DNA from: the human T2T-CHM13v2.0 reference genome, Homo sapiens
Reading direction: 5' to 3' (one strand)
NCBI RefSeq assembly: GCF_009914755.1
Contig: NC_060936.1
Length of the DNA stretch: 64,000 bases
Shown: positions 1 through 16,119 of the stretch, one piece after another
Layout: every line of letters begins with the position of its first letter
How positions within the stretch are numbered: position 1 is the stretch's first letter
The notes under the pieces: generated by a model
Databases searched by the model: none
What the model was told of the DNA's origin: nothing
What the model saw: only the letters and a program-made list of their open reading frames with translations
Made by a program: the position numbers and the translations under genes

Positions 1-400
1 CTAAATGCCCATCAATGATAGACTGGATAAGAAAATGTGATACATATACACCGTGGAATACGATGTAGCCATAAAAGAGACAGATTATGTCTTTCACGGG
101 AACATGGATGCAGCTGGAAGCCACTGTACTTAGCAAACTAACACAGGTGCAGAAAACCAAATACCGCATCTTTTCACTTATAAGTGTGAGCTAAAAGATG
201 AGAACTGATGAACAGAAGGAAACAATAGACACTGGGGTCTACTTGAGGGTTTGGGGAGAGGGAGAGGTGCAGAAAAGGTAACTATTGGGTACTGGGCTTA
301 ATATGTGGGTAATGAAATAATCTGTACAACAACTCCCTCGACCCAAATTTACCATATAGGTAAACCTTCACATGTACCTCAGAACCTAAAAGTTAAAAAG
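1..400 (+). mobile_element. L1 3' end (ORF2 C-terminus + 3'UTR), older primate L1PA13-16/L1PB-like; continues off the left edge
   Basis: aaatgcccatcaatgatagactggataag...agcaaactaacacagg...gaaaaccaaataccgc...aacctaaaagttaaaaag follows the L1 3'-end layout. Confidence 0.9.
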
Positions 401-533
401 TTAGCAATATACCCTATACACTTCTAAGAGCACAGTGCATGTAAGCTGAGCACTAGCATGTGATATTTTACAGCATTAAAGAGACATTCCTTTGTGTTTC
501 ATGCCATCATTGTAAGTGCGTTAAAGTTTATAT

Positions 534-702
534 CAGTGGTTTTCAAAATGAATTTCCCTAAGTAGCAGCAGCATCGCCTGGAAACTTGTTAAAAGTTTAG
601 CACAGGTGTACTTAATCAGAAATGCTGGGTATAGAGTCCAGATATCTGCAGTTCAACTGTCCCTCCAAGTACCTCTGTTCCATGAATGTTTGGGAACAAT
701 GG
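534..702. mobile_element. MER5A-like hAT-Charlie MITE
   Basis: cagtggttttcaaa...gcagcagcatcgcctggaaacttgtta...tttgggaacaatg: degenerate TIRs and MER5 core. Confidence 0.75.
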
Positions 703-975
703 CTCTACGTAAAAAAGCTGACAGATAAAGTAAAATCAGCAGAGTTGTTAATACAAGAAATTTGGGGGAATTATATTGATTTAAAAACAGTGCTCTCAGA
801 GTGTTCTTTAAAAATATAATCCTAATCTATTTTCACTTTTGACAGTCCATTTATCTTATTTGATTATGTAAGCATTGTTGTCGTTATTTCTATTGTTATT
901 GTTTCTTTCTTATTTGATCTTAAGGTCTCTCTCTTGAGAGTGGCTGTAGACCAAGGGAGTCATTTTCTAGGAGAG

Positions 976-1450
976 CTGTGATGGCGCAAAGCAAGATTCA
1001 GTTGTGTTGGTCAGTGGAGAAACAATGAGAAAGTGTAACTAAAATGCATGATACAAAATAAACGTACTACTTACAGACCCAGAGAGGTTAGTGGCGCCCA
1101 GTGGAGGTGGATAGGAAGTCTGGAGGCGGTAGAGAGCCAGCAAGAGAGGGCGGGGCTGTGGGACTCTGCCTTTAAGTAGGGTCCATGGGCCTTATTCTGT
1201 AGGTTCTCCTGTGGGGGTTGTGGCTTGGCCAGTTTAAAGAAAACACCTGTGAAGGAGGAACTTATTTACTTGACTCTGATGCTGATGTTTTATTGTGGTC
1301 AGCTGTTGTAGAGCGTGCTGGGATTTGGTTCAATGGGGTGAGTAACAAACAGGCTATTTCACAGTCACAGGAGGAGAGGAAGCTTTTAAGTAGGCCAAAA
1401 GTGACAGGGTACTGCTGGATTTTGAACAACTTTGTTCAGGCTTAAAAATG
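976..1450 (-). mobile_element. Probable ERVL-class LTR (MER54/MER74/MER76-like), family uncertain
   Basis: Locally GC-richer block; tacttacagacccagagagg...ctctgcctttaagtagggtccatggg resembles reverse-strand ERVL LTR TATA/polyA regions. Confidence 0.4.
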
Positions 1451-1852
1451 TATGTCCATGCAGTGACTATTTTAAACAAGTTCAGGATAATTCAGATTTT
1501 TAAAATTATGACACTAAAGATTGCGAGATGCTTTATTATTTTAGATTGGAATAGGCAACATCATTTAAATATCATTATTTTTCTTATTTATGTATTTTGT
1601 CAAAATATCCTCTTTTGTTTTTTACCTAAGCAGTGTTCTTAAAATGCCATTAAGCTCCACTATACTTTACAAAATACATTAATAACTCACATCGATACTC
1701 TCATATTTATGTGGTTGCCCTTGCATCACTATATAATTTTCAGAAATTACTAACCTGAATTTGCTTATTTTACCTTACATACATTTTCAGATTTATTAAG
1801 TCATTCAAGAGTCCTATTTCATTAGCTTTGTCTTCATATGAGAGCAAATAAA

Positions 1853-1896
1853 AGGGATTTACCCAAAATTACATGAGGGATTTACCCAAAATTACA
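1853..1896. repeat. Tandem duplication, 21-bp unit agggatttacccaaaattaca x2
   Basis: Identical copies at 1853-1873 and 1876-1896. Confidence 0.9.
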
Positions 1897-2358
1897 CACC
1901 CAGGAAGAGGAACAGCCTGGATTAATGTTAAGGAATTTTGAATTCAAATTTAAAGCATTGCACTCACACAGAAATAAACAACAATAAATAAAATACAAGT
2001 CCAATCCAGAAAAATATTTTCCCTGTAATTAGTCTTGCAAAGAAGCAGTTTCTTAGAATAGAACAGTGTGGACATCCTTCACAGACAAGCTGCAAACTAG
2101 CTGAATGGTCTTGGGCAGTTAATTAACTTTTAAAAATTTCTACATGGGGTGAAAGAAGAGGATTCTGGGGACAGCTACAGAGGGCTGAGAGAGAAAGAAC
2201 TCCATTCAGAAAGCTAATTTATGTAACATGGCTAGGATACACATTAGTCATTCTTTAAGAGAAGCCAGTAAATTTTAAGTTGTTTCTGTTCCCCCTCTCA
2301 ACTTGATTGAGGTATACTGGAAAAAAAATGTATATATTTAAGGTGTACAACTTGATGT

Positions 2359-2945
2359 TTATATATATATATATATACTATCTATAAACTATATATATAC
2401 ACTATCTATATACTATATATAGTATATATAAACTATATACTATATGTAGTATATATAAACTATATACTATATGTAGTATATATAAACTATATTTATAAAC
2501 TATATATACAAACTATATATACTATATATAGTATATATAAACTATACATATGCTGTATATATACTATATAGTATATATAAACTATATATACTATATAGTA
2601 TGTATAAACTATATATAATACATATAGTTTATATAAACTATATGTAAACTATATATACTATATATAAACTATATATACTATATAAACTATATATAGTATA
2701 TATAAACTATATATAGTGTATATATAAACTATATATAGTATATATAAAAACTATATATAGTATATATAAACTATACATAGTATATATAGTATATATAAAC
2801 TATACATAGTATATATAGTATATATACTATATATAAACTATATATACATTATATATAGTTTATATATAGTATATATACTATATATAGTATATATAAACTA
2901 TAGCATATATAAACTATATATAGTATATATATAAACTATATATAG
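2359..2945. repeat. TA-rich degenerate minisatellite (tatataaactatata / tatatagta units)
   Basis: ~590 bp of nearly pure A/T alternation with aaac/agt interruptions. Confidence 0.97.
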
Positions 2946-3133
2946 TGAAATGATTACCTCAATCTAGCTACTTTATACATTCATCACTTCACATACTTAA
3001 CATTTTTGTGTGAGAGATGAGAACCCTTAAGATCTCTCCTAGGAAATTTCAAGTATATGATACATTAACTATATTCACCATGCTGTGCATTAGATCGCCA
3101 GCACTTATTCATCTTATAACTAAAAGTTTATAA

Positions 3134-3390
<257 letters not shown>

Positions 3391-3710
3391 CTGGCAACCA
3401 CTTCACTCACTTTCTATGAGTTATCTTCTTTAGAGTCCACATACATGTGAGATTATTTAGTATTTTTTTTGTGCCTAGCTTATTTCACTTTACATAATGT
3501 TCTCCAGATTCATCCATGTTTTTGCAAATGGCAAGATTTCCTTATTTCATAAGGCTGAATAGTGTTCCATCGTGTGTATATACCACATTTTCTTTATCAG
3601 TTCGACCTTCGATGCGTACTTAGGTCACTTTAATATCTTGGCTATTGTGAACAATTCTGCAATGATGTAAGAGTACAAATATTTTTTATGATATGGATTT
3701 CATTTTTTTG

Positions 3711-3840
3711 GATATACATGTATATGTGTGTGTGTATATATACACACTATATATATGTATATGTATAGTATGTGTATGTCTATATATATACACACAGACT
3801 ATATATATGTATATCAAAAAATATAGCTATATGTATATCT
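3711..3840. repeat. (TA)/(TG)/(CA) compound microsatellite within L1MA
   Basis: tatatgtgtgtgtgtatatatacacactatatatatg... Confidence 0.85.
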
Positions 3841-3952
3841 AGATGTGGGATTGCTGGATCATATGATAGCCTTTTGAGGAACCTCCACAAAATTTTCCAT
3901 AATGGCTGTGCCAATTTATAATCTTACCAACAGTGTACAAAGGTTCTTTTTT

Positions 3953-6990
<3,038 letters not shown>

Positions 6991-8378
6991 GTCTGTGACA
7001 GTGGCTGGTAGAAAAGTACTTTGTTGAATGCAACTAAGTTTTGAGATTGATATCAAAGTGAAAGCAAACCAGTCTATTATTTTTCTAGTTGAATTCAAAT
7101 TAAATCAAAGACAAATATATTGGGCAGCAGAATACCATATTATCATGAAAATGTAGGATATGATATGCTATTTCAAGTGAATATTATGCTTCCTGCTGTG
7201 TTTGATATTGCCCTCAGATTCTTCTACTACAATAGTCCACCCTCTTTTGCCCCTAAGGAACCTTGGTCAAAACAGAGACACTGGGCTACAGATTTATAAT
7301 ATAATTTAAACTATTTTAAAATTCTCTATAATATTATTTTAAATATTTTTTAGTAGACAGGTAAAATTATGGCTATAAACCTAAATGGAGTCAACACCAA
7401 AATACACTTACTCATTCATAAATTAAATCAGAATAAAAATGCTATTTTTTGTTTGGTAAACAGGATTATGACTTATTTCCATCAAATTTCCAAGTGTGAT
7501 CTTTTCTTATTTCCTCTAAGTGTGGGGTAGATAATCTTAAGGAGCCTGTCTCCTCCAATGTCCTGGTTTATTGGTACAGGTAATGTACGAGTGCTCAAGT
7601 TGTTCATCTTATTCTGTAGGTTTCTCTTTCCTTGGCTTATTGATATGCAGAACTGACTTGGTACTTTTTCATTTCTGTCACTTTTTGTGGTTATGTTAAT
7701 CATTAATAAACCCTATAGAGACCCATCTGATTGGAGTCAGCTACCTGCTTGTGCCGCCACTTTAATAACTGACCAAAAACATGCATTTCTCCCTTTCATT
7801 CACCTGGAAGTTGATTACTCCCTGTTATTGCTAAATTTGTAAGGAGAGAAGAAGCAGGTATGTGTTTTCTACCGTCAGGTTTTAATTACAGGTGGTATTC
7901 TAACTAAAGATGAACAAATCTGTTTTCATCATCTATTTATAGAAAGTAAAAGAGGTTATTAAAAGAGCTTGTTCTAACATTTTTATGAGGTTCTCTCCCT
8001 TACGAATGTCTTGAAAGTCAAATTTTTGATGCGAGTTTAAATCCCCGCAATGACTGTTTGTAAAGAGATTGCTAAGCAATGTTAAAGTGCTCTTTATAAA
8101 GAGTTAATAAGAATTTTGGTGCAGGGTCAATCAGTGAGAAGGAGAAGAGGAGAAGGTCAAAGAAAAGGAGGCCACCAAGCTACGGAAGCTGGAGATCATG
8201 AAGAATTGGCTGAAAAGATCATTATAACATGGCCAAAGGATCTGTTAGAATCAATAAATTTAATTTTCAGTATTTATTTCTTCATGCTAATGCAATGTCA
8301 ACTCTTTTTGTCCCAATTTTAATAGAGTATACTCCCAAAATGACGATTTTGGATAAACCAAGGAAAAGGGGTTGTAGT

Positions 8379-8568
8379 TCAGTGATCCTTAACATATGCA
8401 CCTGGAACAGCAATATCAGCACCATCTGGGAACTTGTTAGTAATGCAAATTATCAGGACTTAACCCAGACCTGCTGAATTAGAAACTCAAGTAGTAGAAT
8501 TTAGCAATATGTGTTTTATGGAGCCCTCCAGGTAATTCTGATGCAAACTAAAATGTGAGAATTGCTGT
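8379..8568. mobile_element. MER5A hAT-Charlie MITE
   Basis: cagcaatatcagcaccatctgggaacttgttagtaatgcaaatt...cagacctgctgaattagaaact...ccctccaggtaattctgatgca. Confidence 0.88.
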
Positions 8569-9613
8569 TATATTCCATATTTACGTTTAACTGGAGCTGA
8601 GAGAAAAGACCAGTTGGAGGAGATTAAATGTTACAGACATTAAGAAATTTTCAGAGTAGGAATTTAGTATTAAACTGATTAGGATACACCCAAGCGAAGT
8701 CAGCATTTTCTGGTTCTTGGGAAAGACACAGCATATCCTATTAGGTGGTAGGTAGTTTAAAATCCTTATAAACAACTGTTATATACATTTTTAAAAAGAG
8801 GGTGACCCTAGCTTATACTTGGGTTACACTTTTTTATATACAAGTATGAATTTTGATGCTAATAATCTCTTTTTTTTGTATCTACTACATTACCTCTAAT
8901 GGTGCAAAAATTTCCAATAGCACTAGATGGTTTTATCATTAAGAGGTATTGGACAGGTGAGTCAGTTCTTATATTGCCTTGAATAAGTTTCCTTCCATAT
9001 TTTAAGTTCCACATCTTCAATGTATGCAAACAAAAACAGGCATTTGATTTTAAGCCACAATTAAAGCTGCCTTAGAGATATTGAAGAAATATCTGTTTTA
9101 GACAAAAAACAAAAACTCTTAAAAGTTAGTATTTTCCCTTCAATATTTTATTTATCTGTGTATAAGTCTATAACTAAATTATTATTTCTCATAAAATATT
9201 CTGATTCTATTAAAATGAGTGAATCATCTATTATAAAAAGGAGATTTAAATGGGGCATGACAAAGATTCATGATTGTTAAAATATTTTATTTTAACTTAA
9301 AATATAAAAATGTACATTTATCAATTATTTCATTAGGAGTCAAGACAATTTTTCAAAAAAACCTTTGGGTCTATTGATGAGAAATTCTGTCATCTTTGGG
9401 ATGTAATTTAAGACTGTGAAACAACTTGCATGCAAAAGTATTTCAATGTTTTGTTTTTCCCCATATTTATACTGTTATCTTACCTACACCTAATTAGATA
9501 GTGATTTTTAAAACTAGCCCATCTTTTTAAGCCTTTCCAAAACATTAAATTTAGTTACCATGGAAATAACACACTTTTTTTTTTTGCAGCTTAAATACTA
9601 TTAAATACGTTAT

Positions 9614-9738
9614 GGCCTGGCCTGGTGCCTTGGCTCACTCCTGTAATCCCAGCACTTTGGGAGGGTGAGGCAGAAGGATTGCTTGATTCCAGGAGTTCAA
9701 GATCCACCTGGGAAACATGGCAAGACCTCTGTCTCTAC

Positions 9739-9773
<35 letters not shown>

Positions 9774-9949
9774 TTTAGCTTAGTGTGGTGCTGCATGCCT
9801 ATAATCCCAGCTACTTGGGAGGCTGAGGTGGGAGGATGGCTGGAGTTCAGGTGTCCAAAGCTACAGTGAGCCATGATCCTGCCCTTGCACTCCAGCCTGG
9901 GTGACAGAGCATGACCCCATCTCGAAAAAAAACAAAAAAACAAATAAAA
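9614..9949 (+). mobile_element. AluJ with T29 tract in the central linker
   Basis: ggctcactcctgtaatcccagcactttggga...gaaggattgcttga (J-type); right arm and A-rich tail. Confidence 0.93.
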
Positions 9950-10454
9950 CACATCATGTCATTAAAACAACAAGTTTGAAGAGCACGGTTTGGGCATCAC
10001 ACACAACAGTCTACTGATAAAATTCAACTCAACTGCAGTCAGCAGAACTGCATGGTCACACTGGGTAGCAGCCTCTACCAGTCTGTTCAAGGCATGAAGG
10101 CACACTTAGTATGTCTTACAGAGGAATTGAGGGTATTAGTTATTCTAGTGAGTCAGGAAAGTGGAATAAAAGTCCATCTCTATTGATATTTCCATGATTT
10201 AAAATTCTGGTGTTTATATTATTAAAAGCCTCTTCATTAAAGGTCATGACTTTAATTATTACATTAGATTTTAAGTAAATGCATTTTATTTTATTATTTT
10301 TACCTCTAAATTGTAATTTTCTTCAAAATAATCCTGAGCTTTTGCCTCTTATATGGAAACATCTTTGTGGGATGGATTTGCAGCCTTCTGAGAGATCTGC
10401 TCTGCTGCTCAAAATATGCTGCAAGACCTCTTCTTGCCCAATCTTCTGACTGGA

Positions 10455-10560
10455 CAGGCAGCCTGGAGGGCAGGATCAATATGTTATTTGTGTTTGTTTC
10501 ATAAGTGCCTGACACAAAGTGTAGCAATGTAGGCACTGAGTATTTGTTGAGTAACAGAAA
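10455..10560 (+). mobile_element. L2 3' end fragment
   Basis: agtgcctgacacaaag...gtaggcactgagtatttgttgagtaa. Confidence 0.55.
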
Positions 10561-10884
10561 AAGAAATATAGAAATGGTGTGATATTATCTTTTTTCTTAT
10601 TTTATTACCATTTCTCCTAGTATATATTTTTTATTCCTGATTTCTTCTCTTGTTTCAACAAACTATTTTATTTGTAATGTAATCTTTCTTTCCTTGAATC
10701 TCAATTACAAGATTATCATGACACATTATTCCATTATTCTTAAAAGAATAAAAGTAGGAGACCATACACTGGCTTTCGGAATTGGAATAGAAAATTGACA
10801 CTTCCCATGAACATCAGTTTCTAACACATTTTACATATGCTGTGCTTTGCTTCATGGTCCATAATCTAGAAAACAGTTTTCTTT

Positions 10885-11029
10885 TTTTTTTGTTTGTTTT
10901 CAACTTTCTTTTTTTTATTTTTATTATACTTTAAGTTTTAGGGTACATGTGCACAACATGCAGGTTTGTTACATATGTATACATGTGCCATGTTGGTACT
11001 GGTACCAAAACAGAGCTATAGACCAATGG
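10885..11029 (-). mobile_element. Micro L1PA insertion with 5' inversion (twin priming); 14-bp TSD aaacagttttcttt
   Basis: Poly(T) + L1 3'-terminal ~80 nt, then sense ORF2 fragment tggtactggtaccaaaacagagctatagaccaatgga; TSD at 10871-10884 / 11030-11043. Confidence 0.92.
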
Positions 11030-11925
11030 AAACAGTTTTCTTTAGAAAAAGATTGTTGAAACAGTAATGAATTCTATTATATAGTGCCCAATATTTATGG
11101 ACTTAGGGAAGATTTGAAGTAAAGCAAATGCATGTTTAATTAAATCTGTTTGTTTAATTTTAGACTATAGATTCTCAGACAATTTAAAAAATATGCCAAA
11201 TATCAATTTATAAGAGATGCCAAAATATCAGTCTCCTGGAAGCTAGAAACTTACTTTTCTTTGCTCATCTCATGAAGAGATGTGATCTACAGAAATACAT
11301 TTTTCAAATAGATCTGATTTTTAAAATGTTCTTCTTGAAACATTACATTTCTAAAAATATAAATTCATCATTCTAAGCAATATCAGCTTCTAGTTTTCAA
11401 ATTTACCTCTCTGGCCTCTTAACATGTAAATAAAATTCACAAGTGGAGTCAACATGTAGCATCTATTTCCAGATCATAAACTCCTTTCCTAATCTCTTAA
11501 AATATGCTTTATCTTCTTAATTTTAAAATATAATTCAGTTATATTCACTTTGAGTAATCTACAACTTATTTTATAAAATACATTTTAAGAATTATTATAT
11601 TAATTTTTTGAGAACTATTGTGAAATATAACTTTTGAGAATTATTATGTACATAAATGACCACGCCAACTGGAAAATTTTGTGCATAGTTAATCTAGTGA
11701 ACTAGAACTTGAAATGCCCTAACCAGTTCCTAAAAGGTGTTGTTAATATGCATAAGCTCTGGGAAGTAGGATCCAAGGGCAGGGGAAATTGAAGGTTCTG
11801 ACCTTCTTCTGGAAAGATGAAGGGTTCCTTTGGATATTCTTGAGGTATTTTTTTTTTTTGGATATTCTTCCTGTCTCTAGACTTAGAATTGGCCCATTTC
11901 TTTTTCTGTATAATTTTGGGAGTTA

Positions 11926-12110
11926 GCAAAGGCTACATAATTTACAAAGTACAGTGCAAAATATGTGGCACACTTGTTCAAAAAGCAAAAACAAAATGTG
12001 CAGTTAATGTATTAAAACATAAAAATTTTTCTTTAAATATATATATCAGCATTTGTAAAATGTAATGAGATAGTAATGGTATATGAATAACCATAAACGT
12101 ACAAATTGCC
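11926..12110 (-). mobile_element. MER45-family (hAT-Tip100) fragment
   Basis: ggctacataatttacaaagtacagtgcaaaatatgtggcacacttgttcaaaaagc resembles the MER45 terminus. Confidence 0.65.
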
Positions 12111-12134
12111 ACCTTGAACTTTGGTATATTTATT

Positions 12135-12400
12135 GAACTCACTGTCTACCTCCTCCTAACCGGGAAACTTTGCTCAACTTCTCTGTATTTTTCTCTTCTT
12201 TTGGCTAGTATATACTTATCTTCTAATTTGCTGTTAAAATATCACTTCCTCAGGAAACTCATATTTTGCTTTATACAATAATTGTTTACTTTTTATTCAG
12301 TCACATATTATATATTTATGTAATTCTTTATGTAATTATTTAATGTCTTTTACCCTACTGGATTATAATCTTCAGGAGGACACTGAACACATTACTTTGT
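12135..12400 (+). mobile_element. L2 fragment
   Basis: aaaatatcacttcctcaggaaac...taatgtctttaccctactggattataatcttcaggagg. Confidence 0.5.
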
Positions 12401-14062
12401 TGAAGATAATTGAGATATGCATCTGACAATGACATTTATTTAATTTTACTCTCAGCCCAGACAAAAATGTTGAATGGTAAGTAGCCTCACCTTCTCCAAG
12501 AGAGAAAGACCAAATTATTGGCATTAGATTAGTGAAACCACTGAAATATGAGTAATGTCATGGCAGAAGTGTTGATTACTCTGGAGGTAAAGGAGTATCA
12601 TTAGTGAATTCTGTAACCATTGCTCTGGAAAAGACACTGTGGACGTTCGCAGTTGGCTTTGTGAGCAAAAGTATAATGTCCTCAGCTACAGGTAAAGATT
12701 CCAGGAAATCAAGTGGCCAGGAGAAACGTCCAAGTTGTAAAATTAAAATTGAGAGTTTATGAAAAACTAGAATTTATTGAACAGGAAATTTGGGATATAT
12801 ACTTCTTCTCTGCTCATTAAAAATACATAGGAGTAAAACAACTGGGTCGGTTGGTTTATACAAGCCTTTTAAAAGTAATTAATCCATTGAAGTTGAGTCT
12901 ATTACAATGATTATGACTATGGAACTTACATAGAAAGATTCCCAGTAATTTCTATAGCCACTATAAGTTGCTGCAAATGCATGTGATAATTTTTAAGTAT
13001 TGGAGATTCAATGATTATTTGAAAAGAAATTATTGTTTGACTGTTTTTTTTTCTTTTTGGTACTATTATCACATTTATTGCTACATTATTTTACAGAAAC
13101 AAAACAAACAAGTCTCAAAGCAGCGGAAGATCTTGAAATGGTTTAAATTTAGAGCATCTAAGAATAAAAAGGTTAAGCCTTTCTCTTGCCGACTACTCAG
13201 ATCTAAAAAACTACAAAACAAAGGCCTTGATTTCTGATCCTGTCCTTTTATAATTAAAATAAAAGAGAGAGAGCTGTATAAAAGAAATTCCTTTTTTCCC
13301 AAGTCACTTTTTGATCTCCTTTCATCTTTGCCTCTGCTCTGCCCTCAGGTATTTTAGAGACGCTTCAATAAAAGTGTGCATTCCTGTTGAGTGTTTCCTT
13401 AAATGCCACGCAGCTCTGGGACTGACTAAGGGAATCTCTGCTTCACAAGTTTACCCCTTACCAAGTGATGAAAACAATTGCAGAATTAATTCCTGAGGCC
13501 AATGAATCAAGAAATTGGACAGCCTGCAGCTCTCTTTCTAGCTTACAAAACAAAACAGTAATTTATCTTGAGTAATTAGGACCTTCTGATTTTTAGCATT
13601 TTTTTCCTATTTCCTTAGCTGCTCTATTGTTTACCACATTGAAATTATATTTGTTTCCTAGTTACACGGATTTGATTTTTCCTACAACTTTAGGAGGGTC
13701 ATCTACAGCTATGCTAATTTGATAATGTAATTATTGATATGCTTTGAAATTTTGTGATATGGCATTTGCAGTTAGGTTCATTTTAATTTTATCAACTCTG
13801 TTATGTTTATAATTTAATTATTTTATTTTCCAGTGTCAGCTTTTCAGTCTCATGTAATACTATCAAAGACAGAGGTGCAGAGTTGGTCTTTGGATGTAAG
13901 GGATGTAAGTGTTTGCTGCCAGAGTCATGACTTATCTTTTTATTAGAGAAAGGACTCACGCTAGTCTCCATAAAAGTGATTTAGGATATTCTGAAAATAA
14001 TATTGCTATGTATCAGCATATCTTGATCTCTAAATCATAGGATTGAAAGAAATTTCAGAGTT

Positions 14063-14187
14063 TGGGTGACCATATTTTTTTCCCTGAAATTGTCCAGGTT
14101 TACAATCATTGCGCATGATAATCATTAATTTTGTTCCTGTTCACTCTCTTTCGCTTTTCTCAGTCAAAATGAGAAATTGTCACTCTA
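14063..14187. mobile_element. MER94/MER81-like hAT-Blackjack MITE, possibly nested in an L3/CR1 3' fragment
   Basis: TIR-like ends gggtgaccata... / ...gtcactcta, ~125 bp. Confidence 0.6.
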
Positions 14188-15689
14188 TCCCTATGTCATT
14201 TCTTCCCTTCTCCCACTTTTCAGGGATCTCTTCTGTGGCATAATTGACAGATAAACTTTTGCTTGAAAACTTGTAGAGATATATATCCCTACTTGCATAG
14301 AGTAGCCTGTCTTCCTATATAGTTCCATTTGCACTTATTTCTTCTATTGAGATTGTGTTAAACTAACATTTGTTAGGTTTGGTTTTAGAAGAAAGCAAGT
14401 ACTTGAAAGAGTGAATAAAGCCACAGAAAGAAAATTGTGGTATCTCTTTGACACTTTAAAATTCATTTTCCTATATGATCCTAAAAAATTGGGCATATTG
14501 CAATAAGCAATTTTCATATAGATAGAAGGCATCTGCTTCTCAAAATTGTTACATGTATTCACTGCATTATTAAAATACAGTGGCTGCTTAGCATGGCTTG
14601 CTTTAACCTAACAAGAATTTCTTCATTGGTCATAAATATTTATAGACTGTGGAATTCTTCTGAAACTATATTTTTAGTAATACATCAAAAACAATAATAA
14701 ATAGATGTTACATATAATGTGATATTTGATTGCCAAAACATTATCTATAACAAGAACAAAGAACTAAATCGCCATTGGTGTTTTCAAATGTTTTAAAGAT
14801 TTGTAAATATTCTTTGATGAACATAATGCCAGAGATCCATGTTCACTTAAAAAGAAAATCAGAAAAACAACATATGCAAGCATTATTTAATAAGGTTTTT
14901 GTTCTAAGTTCATACTTTTCACAATATTAAAAAACTTTAGAAAAATAATTTATGATTATATTTCCAGTGAATTACATGGAGTATTTTAGAATTCTAAATT
15001 TAGATGCCACTGTGTCCATTGAATAACCTTTTTTTTTGTATAGTGGTAAAATTATAATATATAGTGTGGCTCATAAGGACAACTTCCGAAAGGGTGACCA
15101 CCCTTTAGACTTTAACCTTGACCACAGTAAATTCTTTCTACTATTATCACTGGCTGTTTTCACAGATTTGCAGTTTTAATAATCTAGTTGTCCTCAACTC
15201 TTTCAACAATGATGGGATCACTAATTCATCCTTCCATGTTTTCATAAATTTTACCAACTACAAGGAAAGACTGCATAATGATTTTAAATAATTGTTTGTC
15301 ATAAAAAATACAGTCATCACTCTGAGGAACATATTTGACATTATGTTTTATTTTTGTTTTTGCACATGGTCAAACATTGAGAATTCAACATAATTTTAAA
15401 AAGGGGGCTTTCACAATATAGGCTTCTAGTGGACTTTTTATGACAAATAAATTGTTCAAAACTAAAAATATCAAAATTGAATGTCTAGGAGATTTAAACG
15501 TTGTAAAGATAAATCTAGGATTTAAAAAAATCTCGTTTATCCACATTATTTGTGGATTTCTTTAAGCATTCTCCTTTCTCTTCCATCTTTACCACTTTCA
15601 CTCATTTTTGTGCCTACCATAGTCACAGGACAGAGGAGGTAAAATTTAAACACTGTGTGTATAATTTAGCTACATCATATGTTAGTTAA

Positions 15690-15812
15690 AATATAAATGT
15701 ATATGAAGGAAGATATTTTTGTTTTTTTGTTTATTCCTGTATTCCTACCACCCAAATCTATTCCTAGCATGTGAAAAATGCTCAGTGACTTCTATTTAAG
15801 TGAATAAATAAA
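15690..15812 (+). mobile_element. L2 3' end fragment
   Basis: ctgtattcctacc...cctagcatgtgaaaaatgctcagtg...gtgaataaataaat. Confidence 0.5.
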
Positions 15813-16119
15813 TGTATAATTTTCTAAATCAAAATTTGCATTTGGGTAAAAAATTATACTACTTTCTTTGGCATTTCTCCAGAGAAAAGTTATATAAACT
15901 GCTTATATATATATAACATGTACATATATTTATTTATATGTATGTACTACTTGTATATAAAAATATTTCTTATAAATTAAAAAAACCCTGTCTGATTAAA
16001 TTTACATTCCTGCTTATTCTGCTTTCACTCCCATGCTGCTGTAAACGGTTAGAATAAAAGCCCTTCAAAGTATGCTGTTTTAGTGGATTTCTCCCAAAGC
16101 AGAACCTGAGACATTTCAT

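Noticed and set aside
11829-11869. tttggatattctt direct repeat around a T run, as a poly(A) retro-insertion
   Set aside because: The T tract is next to the wrong repeat for TPRT geometry; simple duplication plus slippage explains it.
13310-13375. Polypyrimidine tract + cag followed by aataaa, as a terminal exon
   Set aside because: Only ~20 nt between acceptor and poly(A) signal, with no other support.
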